This document shows positions 12,094 to 24,570 of a stretch of 64,000 nt of DNA, in pieces. The stretch covers positions 1,054,001 through 1,118,000 of the forward strand of contig CM039007.1 in the NCBI GenBank assembly GCA_017499595.2. Reading direction: 5' to 3'. The DNA is from Psilocybe cubensis (Eukaryota). A model generated the notes under the pieces. The model made no database searches. It had not been told where the DNA came from and saw only the letters and a program-made list of their open reading frames with translations. The position numbers and the translations under genes are program-made. The first letter of the stretch is position 1. Each line of letters begins with the position of its first letter.

Positions 12094-14572
12094 ATGGTCG
12101 AGATCTCGCTGCAAATGCCTAGCCCCACCGCTATTCAGGGACTCTCTAGCCCGACCTTTAAGGCTCCTCCGTTCAGGGAGTCTTTTTTTACAGTTCCAGA
12201 GTTATACGATTGGCATTCCGTGCACAGCAAGGACCATCCATATTTCGTATACTTTGACGAAACTACGCAGACAAATATCACAATACGCTGGTCCGACGCG
12301 GTGAGAGCCGTCCACTTCATTGCAAACCATGTAATGCGGATCGTCGGTGAACAAGAACATGGAGCTGCAAAGCCTTTGATTGGATTGTACTCTTCTGCAG
12401 GTTAGACGATATAGTCGTACATGACGTGCAGAAGTATTCACTTACCATTTGTGCTCAGATACCTTAACGTATATCCTTTCATTTGTCGGGATACTGCGAG
12501 CGGGATACCCAGTCTTTCTCATCTCAAAACGTTTAGCACCAGCTGCACTTGAACATCTGGTTACTAAGAGCGGAGTCAAGCACGTCTTTGTTGCCGAGCA
12601 CGATAAGATCCTGAGCAATAATATTCAGGATATTCAATCCAAACTTTGCGCCAGAATCGGCGTGTCCCATATTCCATTTTGGCTCGATACGCTCTCTCCA
12701 GAATTTGTTGTACAGAAACCTCCAATGGGTCAATACAATCCTGAGGATATATGCCTTGTCCTTCACTCATCCGGTTGGTCCATACGATCTGAATCAGGTA
12801 TAATGTTTTAGTACTGATGATATATTCGCATGCAAAGGTTCAACGGCTCTACCTCAGTTGAACGTATGGACTCACAAGATGTTACACCTTGCCGTATGGC
12901 AATTATGTATGGACTCAGCATCACTAGTCGCATTCTGGTAGCCATTGTATTCTTACTGATTCGGGCATCAGGGTACGGCGAACGAGACGTATGTGGCCAG
13001 ATTATGTCCACACCGTCTATTCCAACGGCTGGGGCATCAGTTGTGATGGAATCCATTTACCCAGTGAGCAAGATTGAGCAAGAAGTTTTAGTACGCCCCG
13101 TCTAATATAGAGATACACAGGCCGCCTCTGGTTTGGTCCTCTCTGGCTTGAAACCGTCTTCCCCTCCAACCTCTATTGACGCTGAAAATGTCTGGAAGAG
13201 TATGGTTTCCACACAATCGACATTTGGTTTTGTTTTACAGTCATTTTTGGGAGTGAGCGACATTTTGTTTGATATCTTTGTGACGTTTTACTTGCTCACT
13301 ACTGTGACAGCTTTGGTCGGAGGACCCTGAGAAGGTGAAAGTGTTGGCTAAATTAGAAGGAGTGGTAAGATACTGTACACCTTTCGGGGAGTGCACGTCA
13401 CTGAGATCATATCTTTCTAGATGTTTGCTGGGGGACCTCTGGCGTGGGAGGTTGGGGATTTTCTCGCGAGAAATGGCGTAGAGATCTTCTCGATCTTCGG
13501 CTCGTGAGTCACGGGGCCCTCGATGGTTTATTCCTATATATTGATACACGGAACATGTAGGTCTGAGGCCGGAATGGTGTGCCGAGCATTCCCTAGTAGG
13601 ACTCTCTTTGTCATCATGCTGAGAGATGCTAACGTCAATATCTAGGCAAGAAGGGTTTAGACTGGGAGTATTTCGCCTTGAATTACGTCTTAGACCCCGT
13701 ATTCCGATCCCAGCCTGACGAAAAAATGGTTGAGCTGGTTCTTAAGGTTCGTTAGGTCATACAAGTTCGTTGATGTTCTGATCTATTCGGCTAGAGATGC
13801 CAAACACATACACCCACAAAAACAAACACGGAAGTAAATGGCGTTCCTGCGTGTGCGACCGGTGATTTATTGGAACCCCACCCAAAAAATCAAGGTCTCT
13901 GGAGATATGTGTGTCGCATTTCAGATCGGGAGACTATAGGACCCGGAGGAGCAAAGGTCCGTCATTCATCTTGATCGTTACAGTCTATTCTCCCTAGAGA
14001 TCTGATTGAATGTAATCGTTTACTCGCAGGTCAATGTAGTGGCGTTGGGTATGCGCTTAATCTATCTATCAGTGTTAATGAGGAATTTAATGGAAATTCT
14101 AACACGGTACTCAAGCCCGGATCTTGATGGCGAACCCCCTCGTCGCTGGCGCTGTCATATTCAGCACATCAGACACATCTAGTACCGGAATCAACTGTGG
14201 AACAATTATTGAGCCTGTCGGGACATACACTGACCTCAGTGGCTCGGATGGTATTAACCGATATTTAGAACTTGTTTGGTATGTCTTTCCCCATTGGATA
14301 AATGTTGTCACCTCATTCCCTTGTATTTGCATAGGCCCTCCTTCGAAAAGTGCAATAGCATTTCCACAGATGCGGCGAGATTAACGCGCGAGGTAAATGA
14401 GAAGAGTTCATTTTGACAATCCGATGGCAACTAATATGGACTTGATCAATATTCACAGAAGATAATCATAGCCTCAAGCACGAAACCATTCATATATGGT
14501 GAGAAGGGGATGCCTCGTCGAAAGGATGTCCTGTCCATGTACCAGGACGAGATAAGTAGTCTGCAATTTTGA
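12094..14572 (+). CDS. Stand-alone adenylation (AMP-binding, ANL superfamily) protein resembling the A domain of basidiomycete adenylate-forming reductases; many introns
   Basis: N-terminal PELYDWHSVHSKDHPYFVY, GILRAGYPVFLIS, P-loop LHSSG-STALPQ, IFGSSEAG, ATGDLLEPHP and terminal KPFIYGEKGMPRRKDVLSMYQDEI followed by TGA at 14572. No T or R domain follows. Confidence 0.75.
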
Positions 14573-15629
14573 AACTTGTTGGTGGAAGGTGGTCAAACCA
14601 ACATGTGTATTGTTTAACGCGACCGTCGCAAATGTCAAGTTCTGAATCAATTAGAGAATCTGAAGAATATAAATGACGTTGACAATTGACTGTAAAAATA
14701 TGAAGGACACTCACCTTGTCTTTCAATCGACTTTGAATTGTTTCCACGTACACGACCCATGGCACATATATGCGCCTGTGTAACAATTGACTGAACACAC
14801 TTTGATAGTGTTGGCAGTAAGACTGGGTACAATACAAGCGCAAGAAGCTTATCAACCGGCGAAAGCACACCATAGAGATCAAATCGACCAGCTTAATGGT
14901 AGCCCTGTACATCTGCATGGGAAAATTAGTGGGGCGTCCCTATGGAAAGTGGGACTGTCAAACCTCGAAAGCCTTTGCCAAAAACACCCCGGGCGGACAT
15001 GCTGGCCATTTGCTGTATGATACATGTGCACGTTGCGCTCAATGACATATTTTTTCCGCTCTAGCCTCCCGGTCAGTTTTTGTCTGTTTTTGTAACGTGT
15101 CTTTATTCAACATTTTGAATGCGCGGACGCAGAACCGAAGACGACATACCCATTTAGGGCGAGTAACTGGGAGTCACTGAGCAGAGGCCGTTGTGAGATG
15201 TGAGTGGTATCTGAGATCTTCCAAACTAACTGAGACCTAATACAAGCCTATGGTTCCAGCGATACCAGAAAGATGTGGCTTCAAAGCGTAGATCAAGGAG
15301 CGCTGGTGCCTACAGCGCCATATGTTGTCTTTGGTGCCTGCCCTAAGTCCCGTTTACGTCCGCTCGCTCATGTTGACGAATTGAAAGTCCGACCCGGCAC
15401 GTCACGCTGCTGTTGAGGTTCCCGGTCCCTGACCCGCCGCCGACGTTCCTCCCAATTCCTCCCCTCGTCTCAACGACCAGCAGCAGTTTGCCGGTTTCGT
15501 GCTCGCCACCAACCACCCTTTATTTCCACGATACCTCCATCTCTTTCTAGCGGCGGACTAACACGCTGTTGGTTTCGAGCTTAGTTTTCACGAGCTTGGG
15601 AGCCTTCAAGCTTCAACTCTCCTGAGTCA

Positions 15630-15928
15630 TTATGCCGTGAGGTTTTGGCGGTGCTTACTTCGCTCGAAGCCATTAGAGATATCAACTGATACATTCGGGA
15701 CTTCCTCAAGTTTCGAAATTGCCCACCTTTCGTTCATTTCTACGCACGGCACGAATCATTCCATGGGAAAAACAAACCGCATTGCGGTTTGTTAAGCGTT
15801 AACAGGATAGTCATTGGTGATTATGAAGGTACTTCTGGAACGGGAATCACTGGTGAGTCTTCTCAATATCCGCTCCGCACTCTAGAGTAATAAGATAGAT
15901 ATAGTTGTATCCTACCGACTACCCTCTT
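15630..15928 (+). repeat. Diverged direct repeat, copy B (copy A at 11157-11360)
   Basis: Same ordered blocks as copy A, with insertions. Confidence 0.8.
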
Positions 15929-17095
15929 GTCAACGATCCCTCGACTTTATTAACGCCATCCACTCAACGTTCTGGATACCAAACGGAAGTAGATCAACGC
16001 TCGACTTTGTGGCGCCCTGTATCAAATACAGTCTCTCTCCTATCCTGCTCGATGCTACGCAACTTCTTCAACCTTGAGCTCCTCGCACAGACACTGAAAC
16101 AGGTTCAGACATTGTCGGTCAACGTAGCCGTATCGATTTTTATATTCGCCACCTCCTTGAAGGTTCGCAGTTTTCATCTCAACGCCGCAAGTCATATTAA
16201 TTGACGATTCTTACGATTAAGGTGATTCCAATGCACCTTGAACCTTCCCCTTCTTCATGGTGGCTACAATTTACAATGCATTTGTCTACCTTATTGGGCT
16301 TCTCGCTCAGGCCCCCTCTAGCTCCCTCCGTCAGCGCAATGAAAACGGGTTTCAGGCTGCTTTTCTAATACCGGCGCATGTTTCTTGTCATCTAAATGAT
16401 ACCATTAAGTCGGCTTTATCTCTTGGCTCTGGTTCTCATTCTTTCTTAGACCCCTGTCCTTCGAAAGGGATGGATCTACGTCGTTAAGTTTAGATCACGT
16501 TGCACCTAGACTTTCCTGTCGGATCGGCATTATATCTTGGAACTCTCATGCGTACATCAACACGTTTATTTTATCTCTCTCGATAAGCCTCCCCTTGCCA
16601 GCTTTTCAAGAATTTTTACCTCGACGTCGCGCCAGCACAGCCACACAACACATGATTTCCACATTTGGCTTGGACATACACTCATCCATTTTGGGATATC
16701 CTATTTTCCCTTCTTACTTCCACTTTTGCCATTCCCCTTGTGCAGATGTCAAACATGAGTTCACGACTTTTAGAAAAGAAACGCTCCAATATATAAGCTG
16801 CCGGTCATGTCGACTCGCCGCCTTTGTTTCTAAAGCGGAATACCATTTATCGCTCATAACGAAGAAGGCGGATTTCGCACCGTGGACTCTCGGGGTACTT
16901 GATTCCCTTCAGTGAGTCAGGATAAACGAATTCCTTGTTCTCTGGGTTCTTAATCCAGAAGACCTGTCAAGCCCGAAATGCCCACTTTTTCTGTCTTTTC
17001 GTTCTTACGAGGTGGCTCTGCCTTGCCTCCAGCGACTCCATCCTGTCGTCGCCATACCCCGTAGCTGACCTCTGGCCAGGGATACGTAGAAAACT

Positions 17096-19155
17096 ATGGC
17101 AGTAGCATTAGTCACTTTGTCGTTTATATGCGCAGGTCTGCTCGCGGTGTTCGTCCCAGTCAAGAGGGTTCGCACAAGTATACCTCATCTCGCAATCATT
17201 GTATGGCTCCTTGGGCACAATCTCATTCATGCGATTAACGCAGCCGTGTGGGCTGGAAATGTTGATATACACGTTCCAATATGGTGCGATATAGGTAAGT
17301 AATACGTTGGATCTATGCGGAGCACGAACACAGCTAATCAACATCCGGCAGTTACGAAGGTTCTCTTGGGCATCAAGGTCGCATTGCCTGGCGCGTTGGT
17401 GTGCATAGCATGTCAACTGGAGCTTTCTTCGTCGCAGAGGACAATCCTGAAGGATAGAAGAGTTTTACGAAACCGTATGATTTTTGAACTATTTCTTTGC
17501 TATGTTCTTCCTACATTATATATGCTATTGCGTGAGTGCTTTCTACCCTTTCTTCTCCCTGTTTCTAACTGATGGCTCTACCCTAGACCTCGTCATCCAA
17601 GATCGCAGGTTTGATCTTGTCAGAGACTATGGATGCTCAGCCTCTTCCCATCCTTCAACTTTCGCTTTTCTAATAACTTGGCTTCCACCTCTCGTTATAT
17701 GTAGCATAGCCCTTATCATATCTGGTGAGTTCCGCCTCATTTGTGCAAATGTATGTTTTCTGACCCTAAGTACAGGTGTATCCATTCACAATTCTGGCCG
17801 CGTCGTCGGAATGAGTTTATCAAAGCATCTAGAAACGCGCTCGACGATGACTGCCTCGCAATTTAATCGCCAGCTTATCATCTGCATGACCATGGCCGGA
17901 TCTCTTGTTCTGCTCAACCTATCAACCCTGTTTTCTATACACTCCTTCGAACCATGGACGTCCTGGAGTTCAGTCCACGCTTTCATGACGAAGATTGAAA
18001 TCATCAAAAATTCATCGGACGTCAAGACGGTTCAGTTTTTGTGGTGGTCGATGTTCGCGATATCTGTTCTCTACATCATTCTGCTGTTTGCCATTGCTGA
18101 GGATGGACGTGATCTCTACCGGTGGGTTAGGGAGCAGGCCACTCGCAAACGCAAGTTCCCTCGTCGCCTCGAGCTACCTCTCTAGTAAGTCCTACCATTC
18201 CATAGCTGTGTTATTATATACTTATACTTCGACACCAAGCCTCAAGAGAAAGCCATCTCTTCCTGCGCCCGAGATGATTTCACGCTCTCCATCTTTGACC
18301 AAATCTCATATGCGGCCTCTTACCATCGAACTCAAATCGGGCTGGGAGGATGACCTATTGGATGACAAGAAATCCAAGCGCAGAGGACCTCGAGAAGACG
18401 TGAAACCTCCATCGTTTTCCTCGAGGCCATCCGAGGGCGTTTTCCATGACGTGGAAGCTCAAAGTCTTTCAGAAGATAAGCCAAGACCCGATTCCCCTTT
18501 AATTTGTGCTAGTCCAACGATGAGTTGTCGTTCGATCTCAGAAGACGACCAAATGTTCATGGAATCGACGATATCGTATCTCAGCTCTCCCACGGCAAAG
18601 ACGCTCGGTATTCTCCCTCCTCTGCAAATCCCACCTCCCGCGAAAGCCCCTCCCCCACCATTGGCAATAGAGATTCCGCAGAGAGCTGTCACGCCTCCGC
18701 CTGCGCTTAAGCCGAAGTCCATTCTCAAGGCACCCCGATCCCCACCTTCCAAACCGGTGCCGACGGACATCGACGAACCTATCAACTCAGTCTTCGACGC
18801 GGCCTGGCCTGTTCCTCCCCTCTCTCCTGTCCCTACGATGGCCTTCTCCACGAAGCGCGCCCCCCGCCCGCGTTCTCGGTCACACTCGCCTGCTTCTGCT
18901 GCGCAGGAAGTTGGGTATCCTTTATGTCAAACATCAACTCCTCCTCACAGAAGAGCCCGCCCCTTTGAAGGTTCGAGCATCTCGTCCGTTGACTCGGAAA
19001 TCATCCCATCACCCCTATCACCAACTTCAAGGAAGGCAGCGCACAGACAAACAGGAGTATATGGGCTGCGTAAAGTCTGGAGCAAGGAACGCCTTGGTCA
19101 GGGTTCTCCGGCCTCTCAAGCTATCCATATGACTGTTGTAAAGGAGATCGCATAA
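17096..19155 (+). CDS. STE3-like pheromone receptor-like GPCR #1 with a long Pro/Ser-rich tail; probably a non-mating-type receptor
   Basis: AINAAVWAGNVDIHVPIWCDI, VIQDRRFDLVRDYGC and PWTSWSSVH match the STE3 family. It lacks the PLPWH motif of the other four receptors. Four GT-AG introns; spliced into a tail of about 300 aa ending at 19155. Confidence 0.85.
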
Positions 19156-20064
19156 ACTTGTGTCAGCATACCTTCCCCATGTTTCACCGTGCTAGGATAC
19201 TTAGACTCTTTCCGCTCTGACGACCTCTTATGATGCGAATGGATTCTTCGCCGTTCAACCCCCTTCGCCTCTTCACACTCCCTTACCTTTTAACTTTAAA
19301 CCCACACCCCCTACTTCCCTCTCCGATGTATTTATCATTCCTGTGTTTGTCGCCTTAGGCTTCGTGTAGCATAGATACCACTTTGTAGCTTAACCTTTGT
19401 TCGATAGCATGCATTTATATGCGATTTATGTTCGATTTACCAAGTTCCCGACACAGCTTTCAGAACACTGCCAGTGGGGCAAAGAAGCACGTAAGCGCGA
19501 GCGCTGATTGGCTCACCTTGCACTCGGGAATAACCGGCGCTCTCGAGCACTGCCACCTTGCGAGTATCGTTCAGATTTTCACCACTTTCCTTCACATTCT
19601 TACACACCCTTCATCAAGTCATCAATCACAGGACGGACAGATTGCTATGCTATACTCCACTTCACAGTCTTCACAGTTGTTTCTCATGGATGTCTTTCAC
19701 GGTTGACATTACGCGATGCCCGACAATTTTCACGGGTTTTTGACGACAATACCTATATTCGATTTGGAACTGTCGCTGTTTGCATCTATCGATCATCACT
19801 TTCGCAAGCAAACTGCCTGAGACGCTGCTGACTTCCATTGGCATGCATTGCCTTGTGGATGACTTGAGTTTTGTCACTGGATGTCATCAAGTCTGCAGTT
19901 ATGGGTGATTTTTCACTGTTGAATGTCTATTCTCCATCATGTTCTAATCAATCCATTAGGAAAGTTCCATCTAGGCTATGGTCATCATCTTAGAATAGCT
20001 TGCTCACTATGTTAAAAAGCACGACTTCAAGTTGTCATTCTCCATTGCGACAACCTCTATTCGA

Positions 20065-21629
20065 ATGTCTCGATTTCCATACGAATTGTGGCTACTCATC
20101 ATCTCTTATCTACTCGACCATGAAATATGGAATCTGTGTACTGTGAATAAGAGTATCCGTAACATTGCTATGAGCAGGCTTTACGAAAAAGTTGCCGTAT
20201 CTATGAAGGATGTAGATGTAAAGAAATATCGTCATCAATTTTTACGGCTCAGGTGCGACTATTGATTCTTCAGTTCATTTCCAGAATAACAAGGATTATG
20301 TAGTGAAGACGGCATAGCGCCACACGTACGCTACCTTTCGTTTGATCCCTACGCGCGATCCTACTTCCCTCCAGCAATTCAAACTTCGCGAAGAACTGTG
20401 CTTATCAAGAAACTGTTCTCGAACCTCCTGAATAGAGACGATGTTGATATCATTCATGCCATTGATAGATTCATCAATCTCCGGCATATTGAAATCCAAT
20501 ATCAATCTGTTCGGCCAATACCACTTACAAAATGTGGACCCCTTATCCGTGCGAGTCTTTTGTCGCATTCCACTCGCCTACAAACACTTAAATTTTCCTT
20601 TCCATTCGAATCTTTGATGACCTTCATACCATCGGATCTGTACCTTCCTCTTCTAACATCATTTTCAGTCACCTTATTTACGCTAACAGGCAACTTATCG
20701 GATGTAAACGAACATTTCGCATACACCGCCACCAAAGTATTGGTGCCCTTCATCAATCGACACCGTTTATCACTAAGTATATTGGTGCTAACCCTGGCGC
20801 CGCTGCCGCCAACATGGGATATGTATTCATTGAGCTTGGATACAACATTTAACCTCTTCCCACTCCTTATATCTCTCGACCACATCCCTAACCTTCGGTA
20901 TTTGACGATAGCCCTTTCGTCTTTTACATCAATCGACTCTACTTATCACTTTTTGGAGATGCATTCCTCTACTTTGAGACGGCTGAAGATCGATATGACA
21001 CATATGGAGCTCACTACAACGCATGGAGTTCTGGATCAATTTAAAGTCTCGTTACCGCTGCTCGAAGAGATTGTAGTCCAATACTACTATGATACGAAGT
21101 CCTTGACAACCTCCCCGTACCAAGAACCAACCTTGGGCTTTATTCGACAACATTCCTCGACATTAACCTCCTTGAAATTGTTAAACAGCTTCCACACTGA
21201 AGCGCATTTTCACGCGACTCCTGGGATGCTTTCCATCTTGTCCTCACGCCTTGAGAACCTTTATGAGCTCGACTTGCTGGTACGTCGGCTCAAAAGACGG
21301 CATACAAGCCCGGAAGAGATTAACGAAGAATACGAGGCAAGTCGGCCATTTTGCCTGTGTCTGCCATTGAGTACTGACCTGATGTGTAGTTCTGCTCCGA
21401 CATTCGTCATCACATATATCAGCATTGGAAACTCAGGCATCTAAAATTGGAGGTAAAGAGTGGCGGTCGCCGTACACGAACAAGGTACGGGAATGGGATA
21501 GTCGCTGTTGCAACAAGAATGCCTTTCCTGGAAACATTCAACGATATGCCGTTGGCAGAATATATGCGCGGAGCCAGACAGGCTGTGGATTTGATATTAG
21601 ACATGGCGGTTGATTGTCAACCTGCATAG
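20065..21629 (+). CDS. F-box/LRR-like protein, paralog 2; introns 20253-20303 and GC-AG 21337-21389
   Basis: FPYELWLLIISYLLDHEIWNLCTVNKSIRNIA F-box. Shares LVPFINRHRL and the terminal FC...W.L.HL exon with the other paralogs. Confidence 0.8.
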
Positions 21630-22050
21630 TTCAGACGATTCTCACATCGAATATATATATTAAATTGTTTTGCAGGTGTTACTTCACTCGTTTATTTTAC
21701 TGGAGTTGAATGTGTTGCTTGAATAAATTGAAGGTCATGCACATGCCTGGAAGACCTTTTCCTCGGCGACCTATTGACAGGTAATATTGTTGCGTATCCT
21801 TGACGTCGTTTCTCATTGCTCGATCATAGCCTTGGAGGTTGCAACATCTATTAATAGGTCCTCCTTATGGATTATCCGTGGCCTGTGTAGTGCACAGTTG
21901 CCACAGCTGTCAACAAGCCGCGCATAGCTATCCTTGTACAGCTATGCTAGGTCCGTTTGCAACGTCAATGCTCGGACTGGTGCGACGGACGATAAGAAAG
22001 ACCCCTCTATCCGAAAGTGTTGAAACTTTCTGTCGATCAACAACGCATAC

Positions 22051-23685
22051 ATGGGCAATCTTCCATACGAACTATGGCTGCATATCACCTCCTTTCTGAA
22101 TGATGAGGAAGTGTGGATGATGCGATCTCTTAACAGGACTGTGCGTGGAATTGTTTTGGACAGGCATTTCCGGAAGGTCTGCTTATCAATGCTAGATGTA
22201 TACTCCAGGGAATACCGCAGTCGATTTTCGCGGTTCAGGTGAGTTTCTTCGCCGTGCATTTATTTTGGTTCCAATAACTGATAATATTCAAGCAATAGTA
22301 ATATATCGACACGTGTGCGCGAGCTACACGTTTGCACCGTTGTGCCCGCTACCTCGAAAATTGCAAAGCCGGCATCGTCTCGAGAGAAGATACTTTCATT
22401 CCTCAGTCAATCATGGCGTAATATTGTAAAGAGCGACAGGGACGCGGTTTCTGAAACCCTTCAGACCTTCACGGAACTCAGACACGTGGTGCTGAAATTT
22501 GACTTGATTCAAGCGATGGATCTCTCGAAGACCACGCGCCTTTTGCAGAACTGCTTGCTTCCTTCAACAAATCATCTAAATTCTCTCGAAATGTCGTTTC
22601 CTATCGAATTGATTGGGAAAACTATACCACCGGCTCTCTTATTGCCTCATCTCAAATCTTTTACTGTGACTTTATTCACTCATAGGAGCGCTGCAGAAGC
22701 TGAGAGACTCTTCACCACGACGGCTACGACAACACTGGTGCCATTCATTAACCGGCATCGCTTTACTTTGACCACTTTAAACCTATGGCTCTATCCCTTG
22801 GCCCCCTCTTTATATACGCTTCGACCAGTAACACCTACAAATTTCAATCTCTCGCCATTGTTTACATCACTAGGACATTTCCCGCACTTGGAAATATTGT
22901 CAATCAGCATTTCGGCATCTACAACCTTGGGATATATTTCTCGCCTGCTCAAATGCACCTCACTACTTTAATACACCTAAGCGTCATCATTGGTGATTCA
23001 AAAACGACATCGACTCGAGGACTTTTAGACCAATTCGATGTGCCGATGCCAAAGCTTGAGGACTTTCTTCTTCGATGTCAGTACGACACCTCTGCACTTG
23101 CATCTTCTTCATACCAAAAATCCACCTTGCAATCTACCCATCAGCAAGTGTCTTCGTTGGTCTCCATGAAACTGCGCAACGTCTTGCATAACAGAGAAGA
23201 CTTTCTCACCATTTTCGATCCAGCTGTGTCTTATCACAAACTTAAATATTTGCACATGTCACTTCAGATTCTTACTCCGGATATGTTGGACATTTTTGCT
23301 CTTCACTTGCACAATCTTCACGGGCTTTACATCCTTGTCAGGTTTCTCAAATGTCGTCACAAAGGAAATTTGATCATCAATGAACAGGAAGAGAACGAAG
23401 TGAGTCGATGATGATTTGCCTTTGGCTGATCAAATGATTAACGAAGTTTGATTTTAGTTCTGTACCATAATAAAGCGGCATGACTACAGCAGCTGGAGTC
23501 TCAAGCATCTGATATTGATAGTGGGAGATGACTCACGGACCAACTATATCTCTAACGGGGAGGCAGCTGTTGCAGAGGTCATGTCTTTGGAAACATTTAA
23601 CGGCATGCCATGGGCAAGGTTTATTAAGTATGCACGACGAGATGCAGTACCGCAGTATAACTATACAGTGCCCTGGCTAATATAA
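22051..23685 (+). pseudogene. F-box/LRR-like paralog 3 with a 1-nt frameshift near 22951
   Basis: LPYELWLHITSFLNDEEVW F-box. Reads ctg ctc aa atg cac where paralog 4 has ttt ttc gag atg cat, so the homology jumps from ORF 22315-22971 to ORF 22785-23411. Could also be a sequencing error. Confidence 0.7.
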
Positions 23686-24570
23686 TAGATAATTCAGCAC
23701 ATTCCAGAATTTTTGTGAACCCCACCCTAGCAATGCATCACCAACATACATCGTCCCATCACAATTTGCACGCTTGGCATGTTCTCTGCTGTCAGTGACA
23801 TGAGTCCCAGCAGCTGCCGGACTTTGAGCCCATTTCCCTCAATTTTTTACACATACTAATTACCTGCCCCGTCAATCTGTGATGTGGTGGAGGGAGGGGT
23901 GTGCGCGTGATCCAAAGCTTGATCTAAAAACGACTCTTTTATTGTTGTATTGTCGACGTGCCAGTGTAGCCTTGCTCCAACATTCGTCTTCACAACTATT
24001 GGCAGCATTAGATACTTTCAAAATACTGTATTATCATTGCTGGCAACATTCAACATTATGGACAAACTGTAGATTTGTGTTCTCGAACATGGCCGTTGAA
24101 TATAGCCTGAAATGATGTAACACTGCATCTGCCAGGTGTGACTGCGTTTATTTGTTTTCCTGGAGATCAACACATCGTTTGACAGATTAAAGGTAGACCC
24201 TGCGACGACCAGATAAGTTTCGAACATTATTTTGCAGTAACCGTTCCTCGGCACGCTCAAGACTTGTAATATACAAACGAATATCCTTGGTGTCTGTCTG
24301 TGCGTGGGTCTGTGTGGGTATCGAGCTACCTTTCCAGTCCTCAAGTCATTGCCTTCAAGTTGATGTTGCAAGTGATCTAAAAATACTAGGCTCCTCTTTA
24401 TCAATTTGTTCACAGCCTATGTAGAGTACGACGGTTGAAGCACCTGTCAAACCTCCATGTACAGTTGTACAAGGTATACCTGCAACATCAATCCACGGAC
24501 TATATCATGGACTGGTGCCACAGCCCATCTATCCGCAACAACGTTGCAATATTCCGCCATCCACACCTAC

